A DNA stretch of 64,000 bases. It comes from Candidatus Parcubacteria bacterium. GTDB lineage: Bacteria > Patescibacteriota > Minisyncoccia > Phycocordibacterales > UBA2100. A model generated the notes under the pieces. The model ran no database searches, had not been told where the DNA came from, and saw only the letters and a list, made by a program, of their open reading frames with translations. The DNA lies in NCBI GenBank assembly GCA_041168925.1, contig JBEEJY010000019.1, positions 2,384 through 66,383 of the forward strand. Direction: 5' to 3'. Position numbers and translations under genes: made by a program. Below are positions 35,311-43,549 of the stretch, piece after piece. Numbering within the stretch: the first letter of the stretch is position 1; the number at the start of each line of letters is the position of its first letter.

Positions 35311-36342
35311 TTAGCACAGTTTCATTGCCCCGTTGGCGGCGAGCTTTTCGAGCTCCGCGAACTCATATGTTCGTGCGTGGAAGTAGCCCGCGAGCGCTAT
35401 CATGAGCCCGTTGTCGGTCGAGAATTGGGGCGGGCAAACGAGAAGCTTGCAACCGACAGCCTCGAGTCTTTCTCTCAATGCGGCACGGATGTACTTGTTG
35501 GCCGAGACGCCGCCGCCCACGACGACTGCATTCGCGCCGCGCTCTTCCACCGCTCGCAGCGTCTTGCCGACGAGAACGTCGGCGGCGGCGTCCTCAAACT
35601 CCCGAGCGAGCGCACGCTTGTCATCGTCAGTTAATTGTCTGTTCTCGGTCAGTCGTAAAACGGCCGTCTTCAATCCCGAGAAAGAGAAATCGTAGCTGTT
35701 TTCATTGAGCATCGGGCGCGGAAGTTTGATATCGGAAGGAAAGTTCATTTCTCGTGCCTCTGCCGCCAAGCGGCTGATGTGTGGCCCCCCGGGGTAGGGG
35801 AGTCCCAGCATGCGCGCGACCTTGTCGAAGGCTTCTCCCACGGCGTCGTCACGCGTGCGCCCGAGATATTCGTACGCGCCGAATTTCCGCATCAGAATGA
35901 GCTCGGTGTGTCCGCCGGAAATAAGCAGCGCGAGCGCGGGAAATTCGAAGGTGGCGAGTCGGTCTCCACTCATCATTCCCATGAGAATATGTCCTTCCAT
36001 GTGATTCGCGCCGACGACGGGTACATGCCACTGTACTGCGAGTTCATGCGCGAAGGTAATACCCTGCCACAAGCATGGTTCAATGCCCGGCCCCGCGGTC
36101 ACCGCAATAACATCCGGCTTGTCTGACGATATGTTTCGCACTTTTCCGAGCAGCAGCGGGAGATTCTTGATGTGCTCATTTTTCGCGAGGTTTGGATAAA
36201 TACCGCCGTATTCGGCGTGTCGCTGTGAAGCCACTTCATTTGCCAGCACCGAAAAACGAAAATCGCTGCCGAGTTCGCCGTCGGCTTGTATCAGAGCGAT
36301 GCCGGTATCATCAGCTGACGTCTCTATACCTAGGACTTTCAT
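35311..36342 (-). CDS. tsaD: t6A synthesis protein TsaD
   Basis: LGIETSADDT, NHMEGH, SGGHT, DDAVGEAFDK, FSFSGLKT, TDNGLMIA. Confidence 0.96.
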   Translation of the reverse strand: MKVLGIETSADDTGIALIQADGELGSDFRFSVLANEVASQRHAEYGGIYPNLAKNEHIKNLPLLLGKVRNISSDKPDVIAVTAGPGIEPCLWQGITFAHELAVQWHVPVVGANHMEGHILMGMMSGDRLATFEFPALALLISGGHTELILMRKFGAYEYLGRTRDDAVGEAFDKVARMLGLPYPGGPHISRLAAEAREMNFPSDIKLPRPMLNENSYDFSFSGLKTAVLRLTENRQLTDDDKRALAREFEDAAADVLVGKTLRAVEERGANAVVVGGGVSANKYIRAALRERLEAVGCKLLVCPPQFSTDNGLMIALAGYFHARTYEFAELEKLAANGAMKLC

Positions 36343-36366
36343 TCGACGTGTTATAGCATAAAGGCG

Positions 36367-37194
36367 ATGGAATTCCGATACTTTTCGCGCAACGGCGAGT
36401 TGCGCCCCATCGCCGAGGCGGATATCTCACTCGCGAATATCGAGTATCAGTACGGCTTCGGCGTCTATGAGACCCTGCGTATATCGAAAGGCGTCCCGTA
36501 TTTCGCTCGTGAACACATCGAGCGCCTTCTGGAATCGGCGCGAGTCATCGGGCTGCAGCATTCTTTGTCGGCTGCGACGATAGCACAAAGTATCGCGGAA
36601 CTTATTAAAAAGAACGAAGTAGACATTTGCAACGCCAAGATACTGCTCATTGGGGGGAAGACTGCCGCCGATGCAACGATCAGTATCCTTTGCCTCAATC
36701 CGCTCTTTCCCGACAAGAAACTCTATCGAGACGGCGTGCATACCATAACGGTGCAGCACGAGCGCGGTTTCCCGCATGCGAAGACCTTGAGCATGCTCGG
36801 CAGCTACCTTGCGTTCCAAAAAGCCCGCTCGCTTGGCGCCTACGACGCTCTGCTTGTCGATCGGGCCGGGAATATCGTCGAGGGGACGCGCACCAACTTT
36901 TTTTGCATCCACGACAAAACGATCTTTTCCCCGCCGGAAGAAAAGATATTACTCGGCGTTACGAGAAAGGCGGTACTCAAGGTTGCCGCGGAACGCGGAT
37001 ACAAGCTCTGGGAAGGCGATATACCGCTCGCACATATCGCCGACTATGACGGCGCGTTCCTTACGAGCACGTCGTCGAATATCCTCCCTATCAAATCCAT
37101 CGATACGTTTACGTTCCCGGCCATTCCGAGCACACTCGGAGAGCTGATGCCAGCGTTCGACAAGTACCTTGACGATTGCGGGGGAAAAATGTGA
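36367..37194 (+). CDS. Aminotransferase class IV (BCAT/PabC-like)
   Basis: YGFGVYETLR, H.ERL..SA, AKT, EG.RTN.F, LLGVTR. Confidence 0.9.
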   Translation: MEFRYFSRNGELRPIAEADISLANIEYQYGFGVYETLRISKGVPYFAREHIERLLESARVIGLQHSLSAATIAQSIAELIKKNEVDICNAKILLIGGKTAADATISILCLNPLFPDKKLYRDGVHTITVQHERGFPHAKTLSMLGSYLAFQKARSLGAYDALLVDRAGNIVEGTRTNFFCIHDKTIFSPPEEKILLGVTRKAVLKVAAERGYKLWEGDIPLAHIADYDGAFLTSTSSNILPIKSIDTFTFPAIPSTLGELMPAFDKYLDDCGGKM

Positions 37195-37198
37195 TTAG

Positions 37199-37270
37199 TG
37201 CGCGGTGAGGGGATTGAACCCCCGGCCTACCCTACGTCAAAGGGTCGCTCTACCACTGAGCTAACCGCGC
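37199..37270 (-). tRNA. tRNA-Val(GAC)
   Basis: Reverse complement folds as a cloverleaf; anticodon arm accct-ttGACgt-agggt; no encoded CCA. Confidence 0.95.
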
Positions 37271-37317
37271 TTCAATATAATATAGCAGAGCGAAAGTATT
37301 TTCGGTAGGATTCGGCG

Positions 37318-37953
37318 ATGGAGCATCTATTGCTGCGTCCGGATAACATAAAGGAAGTTGCCGCCCGCGCGGCGGCTGTCTGCCGCGCGGGAGGCGTCGT
37401 CTTGTACCCGACCGACACGCTCTATGGCCTCGGGGCCGACGCCCTCTCCGACGAAGCCGTCGCGAAGATATACGAAATAAAAGCACGGGACACGTCAAAA
37501 CCCATTCATGCTATCGTCGGATCTTTGGAAATGGCTGCGCGCTATGCTGAGATACCGGAAGTGGTTGAACGCATCGCAGCGCACGCGCCGTGGGGCAAGG
37601 TGGCTTTCATCTGCAAGAAGGCACCTGGGTTGGAAAGCGGCATTTGTCGCGGCATCGACACCTTTGGCTTTCGCGTTCCCGAGAGCGATCTGTGTGCTGC
37701 GATATCGCGCGCGTTTGGAAAACCGTACACGGCAACGAGTGCGAATACAAGCGGCGCGTCGCAGGCGCGCCGCGTCGAGGAGATAGTGACGCAGCTTAAA
37801 GCGCGATCAGCCGGTATTGATCTCGTTATCGACGCGGGCGAATTGCCCGCGAGCGCTCCCTCGACAATCGTTGATGTCACTCACGAAACGCCGGTGATCG
37901 TGCGCGAAGGCGCCGTTCCAGCAAGCAAAATCGAGCCATTTTTGCGGGATTGA
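37318..37953 (+). CDS. tsaC: Threonylcarbamoyl-AMP synthase (TsaC/Sua5)
   Basis: YPTDTLYGL, K.R...KP, RVP, TATSAN.SG, STIVD, REGA. Confidence 0.93.
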   Translation: MEHLLLRPDNIKEVAARAAAVCRAGGVVLYPTDTLYGLGADALSDEAVAKIYEIKARDTSKPIHAIVGSLEMAARYAEIPEVVERIAAHAPWGKVAFICKKAPGLESGICRGIDTFGFRVPESDLCAAISRAFGKPYTATSANTSGASQARRVEEIVTQLKARSAGIDLVIDAGELPASAPSTIVDVTHETPVIVREGAVPASKIEPFLRD

Positions 37954-38011
37954 CGCCGCGGCACGCTGCCGTACACTGCCGGTATATTCATAATTCATTT
38001 TGAGCGTGCGT

Positions 38012-38539
38012 ATGGACATGAATGATACAGGTAATCGGATTACGGCAGCGATCGTGGTAGTGATTCTCATTATCGGCGCGTGGTACCTCGGCTACTCGCG
38101 AGGCGGCACTTCGTCAAGCGAACCCACGCCAACATCGAGCACGGGCACTTCGACGCCGAGTTCGAGCGCGGGAGATACGGGCGGCTTGATGAGCACGGAA
38201 AATCCGTCCGCCTCGCCTTCCACTGTGACGGCGGGAGAAAGCGTCAATGTCTCGGATCAGGCGGCAGGTTCAGCCGTGAGGGTCGCGATGGTCACGCTCT
38301 CTCAGCGAGGCTGGCTCGCGGCGCGCGACAGCAGCGGCAAGATCTTGGGCGCGGCTCGCTTTGAGCCGGGTTCCAACACCGGCGTGAGTATCCCGCTCCT
38401 TCGGCCGACTGTCTCCGGAGAGAAATATCAGGTGCTCGTCTATATCGACGACGGCGATAATTCGTTCGATCTCCACAAGGACACGCTCGTCATGAATGCG
38501 GACGGCTCCGTCGCCGGTACGACCTTCAGCGCGCAGTAA
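38012..38539 (+). CDS. Membrane-anchored hypothetical protein with S/T linker and Ig-like domain
   Basis: N-terminal TM, S/T tract, V.V.DQ.AG..V...DDGD..FD; promoter TTGACG(37950)-16-TACACT(37972). Confidence 0.75.
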   Translation: MDMNDTGNRITAAIVVVILIIGAWYLGYSRGGTSSSEPTPTSSTGTSTPSSSAGDTGGLMSTENPSASPSTVTAGESVNVSDQAAGSAVRVAMVTLSQRGWLAARDSSGKILGAARFEPGSNTGVSIPLLRPTVSGEKYQVLVYIDDGDNSFDLHKDTLVMNADGSVAGTTFSAQ

Positions 38540-39089
38540 TCTTCCGCCCTCGTTTCTCTTTGAGAACAAATCGCCACGGCTTGTCGGTCCATGTGCCGCG
38601 GCCGGGTATGCCGATGCGAGGCGTGCGAACTATCGCACGCCTCGTTACGCGTTCGCCCCGGTCTTCCACCCAAAGGCCGGCTTTCCGTCCGAGCTTCATT
38701 CCGCTCAAACTCTTGTCGATACCGAGATGCTTCGTAACTTTGGCAGGACCGTCGAGTTTTACATCGGTATGCACTGATTCAAGCCCGCGGATGAGCACTG
38801 CGGCCGGGAAGTCCTTGCGCTCACAGACGAGATTGAGCATCCAGTGCATGCCGTACGTGAAGTAGACGTAGATGGTGCCCGGCGGGCCGAACATCGGAGT
38901 GTTGCGGGGCGTTTGCTTGCGGTGCGCGTGCGATCCTTTATCTTGAAAACCGAAGTATGCTTCTGTCTCCGCGATCTTGAATCCAAACGCTTGCTTGCCT
39001 ATCTGGCGGACCAGGTATTTGCCGAGTAAGTCCCGCGCGACCGTGAGTGTCGGCCGGTCGAAAAAAGCGGGACCGAGCTTTTTGCGCAT
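38526..39089 (-). CDS. mpg: 3-methyladenine DNA glycosylase
   Basis: VARDLLGK, ETEAY, YVYFTYGMH, AVLIR, GPAK, RIGI. Confidence 0.94.
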   Translation of the reverse strand: MRKKLGPAFFDRPTLTVARDLLGKYLVRQIGKQAFGFKIAETEAYFGFQDKGSHAHRKQTPRNTPMFGPPGTIYVYFTYGMHWMLNLVCERKDFPAAVLIRGLESVHTDVKLDGPAKVTKHLGIDKSLSGMKLGRKAGLWVEDRGERVTRRAIVRTPRIGIPGRGTWTDKPWRFVLKEKRGRKITAR

Positions 39090-39118
39090 AGATGCGCATC
39101 ATACACCGAAGCGATGCT

Positions 39119-40179
39119 TGCATAAGTTCAGATACATTTGGCACTCGGGTAGAACCTGAGGAATGAGGCAATTTAATATCTGGAAGGGAGTGCGCGGGGC
39201 GCGGCGTTTGTACAACGATACGGTACGGTGGCACCATATGGCCACTGAACGGGCGAAAAAGCGATTAACAATCATAGCGTTTTGGGAGAAGCATGGAGGG
39301 GAGGCGACGGTCGATGCCTTCGGAGTATCAAGACGGACGCTGTTCCGTTGGAAGGCGAAGCTCCGGAAGGGCAACGGCCACGTCGACGGCCTGAACGAGA
39401 GAAGTACCGCACCGCTGCGGCGCAGGAAACGGGTCTATCCTCCGGGTTTCCTCGAGAGCGTCATCACGCTGCGAAAGGACCATCATCGCATCGGCAAGAA
39501 GAAGATCGCCTCCCTTCTCAACGTCTCAGAGTCATATGCCGGACGCTGCCTCTTCGATCTCAAGGAACGCGCTCTTCTGCCTGCGGGAACAACACTCTCG
39601 TTGTACGCGAGGAGTGGACACTTGCACGAGAGAAAACCCATGTATCGCAAGAAGATACGGCGATCGCACAAGCGAGGTATCGAAGTCGATACGGTCATCC
39701 GATTCGTGGACGGCATCAAGCGCTACATCTACACCGCCATCGACGTGGAGAAGAAGTTCGCCCTCGCCGGAGCGTACACCAACCACTCGTCGGCCTCTGC
39801 GGCTGATTTTCTCGGGAAACTCCGTACGGTCGCTCCCTTCGACATCCAAGAGATCCAGTCCGACAATGGAAGCGAGTTCGCGCTCCGATTCGAGGAGGCC
39901 TGTACAGCGCTCGGTATCACGCACTTCCACACGTATCCGCGTTCTCCCAAGATGAACGCTCACGTCGAACGCTTCAACCGGACGCTCTCGGAAGACTTCA
40001 TCCAGCACCACCGCGGAGCTCTTCGTGACGATCTGAAGCGCTTCAACGAACTCCTGATCGACTGGCTTCTGTGGTACAACACCGAACGACCTCACCAGTC
40101 TCTTGGAATGCTCTCTCCACTGCGCTATATTGTCAGGGACTTAACAGCACACCAGTGCCAAATGTACTGGACTAGTACA
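39119..40179 (+). mobile_element. IS481-like insertion sequence
   Basis: Left end TGCATAAGTTCAGATACATTTGGCACT vs right end (rc) TGTACTAGTCCAGTACATTTGGCACT; flanking direct repeat ATGCT at 39114-18 and 40180-84. Confidence 0.85.
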
Positions 40180-40188
40180 ATGCTTTGA
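39163..40188 (+). CDS. DDE transposase (rve integrase core, IS481-like)
   Basis: N-terminal HTH; EVDT, QSDNGSEF, SPKMN.HVERFNRT, YNTERPHQSL; ORF runs through the right IR. Confidence 0.92.
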   Translation: MRQFNIWKGVRGARRLYNDTVRWHHMATERAKKRLTIIAFWEKHGGEATVDAFGVSRRTLFRWKAKLRKGNGHVDGLNERSTAPLRRRKRVYPPGFLESVITLRKDHHRIGKKKIASLLNVSESYAGRCLFDLKERALLPAGTTLSLYARSGHLHERKPMYRKKIRRSHKRGIEVDTVIRFVDGIKRYIYTAIDVEKKFALAGAYTNHSSASAADFLGKLRTVAPFDIQEIQSDNGSEFALRFEEACTALGITHFHTYPRSPKMNAHVERFNRTLSEDFIQHHRGALRDDLKRFNELLIDWLLWYNTERPHQSLGMLSPLRYIVRDLTAHQCQMYWTSTML

Positions 40189-40321
40189 CGTCACGCATAA
40201 TTAAGTCTAGAGTATTTGCGCTCGCCTCCGGTTTCCTGCGCGTCGTTATGACGCTCGGGAGCTCTGGAGGAGAGAGTAGCTCTTTCAGTGTTGAAGCGGA
40301 CTACTCGGGAAGGGAGTGACC

Positions 40322-40570
40322 ATGCCTGGTGTCGACCGATGTCTCACGGGCAGTATCAACGGCATCTCGCAAAACGGCGACTATGCCTTCGTCAACGACG
40401 CGGCGGCGATCAACGGCTACCGGGGTGACCCACCGCAATCGGTCTTCGTGCACATCCGTCAGCTTGAAGGAGATCGTTTTCATGAGGGTATGAAGATCGA
40501 CTTCAATGTCCGTCCCGGCAGGAACGGTAAGCCGGAGGCCTACGATGTGATCAAGTGCAGTAGGCACTGA
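40322..40570 (+). CDS. Cold-shock (CSD/OB-fold) domain protein, divergent
   Basis: YAFV, VFVH, EG.KIDF.V..G..GKPEAYDV; GGGAG SD; promoter TTGACG(40185)-17-TAGAGT. Confidence 0.7.
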   Translation: MPGVDRCLTGSINGISQNGDYAFVNDAAAINGYRGDPPQSVFVHIRQLEGDRFHEGMKIDFNVRPGRNGKPEAYDVIKCSRH

Positions 40571-40666
40571 ACATTCATGCATTCATAGGCGGTAAGTCTT
40601 TGCAGCCCGCCCCCGGTCTCGAGGGCGGGCACGATTTATATATTCGCGCGTCAAAAAACTGTATGA

Positions 40667-40738
40667 TGACCCTATCGGGAATCGAACCCGAGTTAACAGC
40701 TTGAAAAGCTGCTGTCCTAACCACTAGACGATAGGGCC
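40667..40738 (-). tRNA. tRNA-Glu(TTC)
   Basis: Cloverleaf on the reverse strand; anticodon arm gcagc-ttTTCaa-gctgt. Confidence 0.95.
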
Positions 40739-40870
40739 CCGTTTATCCTCCATAGCTTTAGCGACGGAGGGCTTCGCCGATGGCTTCGCAGGGAAAGGCT
40801 GCGAAGCGGCGAATGGTGAGCAGTTTAGCGCATTTTTCTGCGCCCATAAAGTGTGGTATTTTGTCCGCTT

Positions 40871-40955
40871 GGAGAGGTGCGTGAGTGGTTGAAACGAGCG
40901 GTTTCGAAAACCGCCATACCGAAAGGTATCGGGAGTTCGAATCTCCCCCTCTCCG
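40871..40955 (+). tRNA. tRNA-Ser(CGA)
   Basis: ggagagg acceptor stem, gcggt-ttCGAaa-accgc, long variable arm. Confidence 0.95.
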
Positions 40956-40980
40956 AAATGGTGTACACTAGAGCACTGTC

Positions 40981-43095
40981 ATGCTGGGGTCAGATATTTT
41001 CAGGAAATTCGCCGGCGGATCCAGCATCTTTTCCCTCACGATCTTTTTGAGCGCGTTTTTGCTCTTCGTCATCCAGCCCGTCGCGGGCAAGCACATATTG
41101 CCGTACTTCGGGGGAAGTTCTTCTGTATGGGCGACGTCGCTCCTCTTTTTCACCGGCATGCTTTTCGTCGGCTACGCGTATGTCTACGTTTTGACGACGC
41201 TTGACGGGCGCACGCAGGTGCGGGTACATGCGAGCCTCGTTTTGCTCGCCGCGATCGCGACGCTCGTCGCAATCCGTTCGTGGCACTCGATGTACCCGTC
41301 GCTTGAGGGTCTGGCGAGCGTTTCGCAGCCGTCGCTTGGCGTCCTGCTCGCGCTCTTCTTCGGCATAGGCGCGCCATACTTCGTGCTCTCGACGACCGGC
41401 CCTCTGTTGCAGTTTTGGTATGGACTCACTTTCGATAGGGAACCGTATCAACTCTACGCGCTCTCCAACGCCGGCTCGCTCATCGCGCTTTTGGCGTATC
41501 CCTTTTTGATTGAGCCGCGTCTTTCGCTGCACGAGACGGAAAATGCCTGGGTGCTGCTTTTTGCGTGCTATGCGCTCGCGAGCGTCGCGATTTGTTGGGG
41601 AGCGAAGCGCGCGGGCCGCGTAGCGGCCCGCGCTTCCATTCACTCGCAAGACGAGACGAACACGGGCACGCGCGCGCTCTACGTCGCGCTCGCGGCACTG
41701 CCTTCTTTCCTCATGGTCGCGACGACGACCGAGATCACGCAGACGATCGCGCCCGTGCCTTTGCTGTGGGTCGTGCCACTCGCGTTCTACCTCATCACCT
41801 ACATCCTTGCTTTTCGCGGCTACGGCAGCTCGATCTTTACGCCGCTCATCCTGCTCGGCGCCTGCGCCTTCGCCTACGTGAGCACTGCAACCGACGTTTA
41901 CCACGTCTCGACTCAGATCAGCTCGTACCTCTTCTTGCTATTCGTGGCCGGTCTTTTCGCGCATGCCACACTCTATAGCCTCCGCCCGAAAACGCGCGAG
42001 CTGCCGCTTTTCTATCTCCTCCTTTCCTTCGGCGGCATGCTCGGCGCGCTTTGCGCCGGTATGCTGGCGCCGCTGCTTTTCGATTCGTTCTGGGAATTTC
42101 CCTTCGGGCTCGCGCTCGCCGCCGCAGCAGGCGCGCTTGCGCTCTCGGAGCAATTTTTCCCGCGCATACTCGACGCCGGCAGGATCAGGCTCGCGAAAAT
42201 CATCATGCTCTTCGGGATCGCCGTACTCTTTACGCGTCTCATGGCCGCGCCGTATGAGTATGAGGTGCCCTTCGTCGCGTCGCGCGATTTTTACGGCGCG
42301 GTGCAGGTGAGATTCCACAACGCCATGACTTCGCTCATGCACGGCACGACGCTTCATGGCATCCAATCGACCGACCGCTCGCTGCGTTTCCTGCCGAGTT
42401 CGTACTACACGCCGGGGAGCGGGGTAGGGCGCGCGATCATCTATGAGCAAGATTTGCGGCGAGGGCAAAAAATCAAAGTCGGCGTCCTCGGGCTCGGTAC
42501 GGGCTCGATCGCGGCGCATTGCCGGAATGGACAAGGGGGACGTACGGGCGATGAATTCGTATTTTATGAAATCGATCCGCGGATCGAGCGAATCGCCCGT
42601 ACGTATTTCTCCTACCTTGCGCACTGCAAGGGCTCCGAAGTCCGGCTCGGCGACGGGCGGCTCTTGATGCAGAAAGAATTGTCGGAAGGCGCGCCCGGCA
42701 ATTACGATCTCGTCGTGATGGATGCTTTCGCCGACGACACCGTGCCCGCGCATTTGCTCACCATGCAGGCGGTGAAGCTCTATGCCGCGCATGCGCGCAC
42801 TCCAGAGAGCATCATCGCGATCCACACCTCAAACCGCTACCTCGACCTCCCCCCGGTCATTTTCAAGGAGGCGGCCGCGCTCGGCCTCAACGCGATGATG
42901 ATCTGGGATAACGGCGAATCGAATCCGGGCGGCAGTCCTTCGCAATGGGTACTTCTCGTGAAAGACCCGACCGTGTTCGGAGCCAACGTTTTCGCGCATG
43001 CGAGCAGCTTCGTTGCGGACGTTGATCAGGCGCCGCTATGGACCGACGACTACCAGAGCCTCTTTTCGGTCGTGGATCTCGCGATGCCCTGGTAG
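40981..43095 (+). CDS. Fused membrane domain/spermidine-synthase-like SAM methyltransferase
   Basis: LSAFLLF..QP, FGG.SSVW, LYALSNAGS; HGTTLHG.Q, GLGTG, EIDP, GDGR, DAF..D.VP.HLLT, WTDD. Confidence 0.9.
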   Translation: MLGSDIFRKFAGGSSIFSLTIFLSAFLLFVIQPVAGKHILPYFGGSSSVWATSLLFFTGMLFVGYAYVYVLTTLDGRTQVRVHASLVLLAAIATLVAIRSWHSMYPSLEGLASVSQPSLGVLLALFFGIGAPYFVLSTTGPLLQFWYGLTFDREPYQLYALSNAGSLIALLAYPFLIEPRLSLHETENAWVLLFACYALASVAICWGAKRAGRVAARASIHSQDETNTGTRALYVALAALPSFLMVATTTEITQTIAPVPLLWVVPLAFYLITYILAFRGYGSSIFTPLILLGACAFAYVSTATDVYHVSTQISSYLFLLFVAGLFAHATLYSLRPKTRELPLFYLLLSFGGMLGALCAGMLAPLLFDSFWEFPFGLALAAAAGALALSEQFFPRILDAGRIRLAKIIMLFGIAVLFTRLMAAPYEYEVPFVASRDFYGAVQVRFHNAMTSLMHGTTLHGIQSTDRSLRFLPSSYYTPGSGVGRAIIYEQDLRRGQKIKVGVLGLGTGSIAAHCRNGQGGRTGDEFVFYEIDPRIERIARTYFSYLAHCKGSEVRLGDGRLLMQKELSEGAPGNYDLVVMDAFADDTVPAHLLTMQAVKLYAAHARTPESIIAIHTSNRYLDLPPVIFKEAAALGLNAMMIWDNGESNPGGSPSQWVLLVKDPTVFGANVFAHASSFVADVDQAPLWTDDYQSLFSVVDLAMPW

Positions 43096-43107
43096 CCCGA
43101 GACCGGC

Positions 43108-43545
43108 TTACTCATCCGGCGTGCGCTCGCTTCGTATGATCGTGACCGGAACGGGAGGGATCATCGGCAATCCGTCTTTCAGCGGTCCCACGACGATAGA
43201 CGCGGGGCCCGTGTATCCAGTGAGATCGGCGTCGATCGAAAATGTGTAGTAGCCATTTGCCTGATACTGCGCTCCGCGCGGCGCGATTCCTTCCCATATC
43301 GTCACATCGCCTTCGATCGGGATAGTGCCGTCGGTCACACGAACGTAGACGCCGCCCTCTTGATTGTCGAATGCCTGGCTTTCCGCAATACCCGTGATCT
43401 CGAATGTCGTGCTTGCCGTCGTTTGCCCCGCAAAGGGGTAGGAGATATGGATTTGCGGCGCGCGCGGCGCGCGCAGGATCTCAAACACGGCGATGCAAAG
43501 CAAGAGACCGGCGAGAATTGCGAGGACAAGGAGATTCTTTTTCAT
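43108..43545 (-). CDS. Exported hypothetical protein (Ig-like)
   Basis: N-terminal TM; I.ISYP......FEITG.A. Confidence 0.7.
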   Translation of the reverse strand: MKKNLLVLAILAGLLLCIAVFEILRAPRAPQIHISYPFAGQTTASTTFEITGIAESQAFDNQEGGVYVRVTDGTIPIEGDVTIWEGIAPRGAQYQANGYYTFSIDADLTGYTGPASIVVGPLKDGLPMIPPVPVTIIRSERTPDE

Positions 43546-43549
43546 ACGG

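Noticed and set aside
37199-40955. tRNA-targeted prophage or genomic island
   Set aside because: No tyrosine/serine integrase and no duplicated tRNA 3' end seen; the only mobile gene is a DDE transposase.
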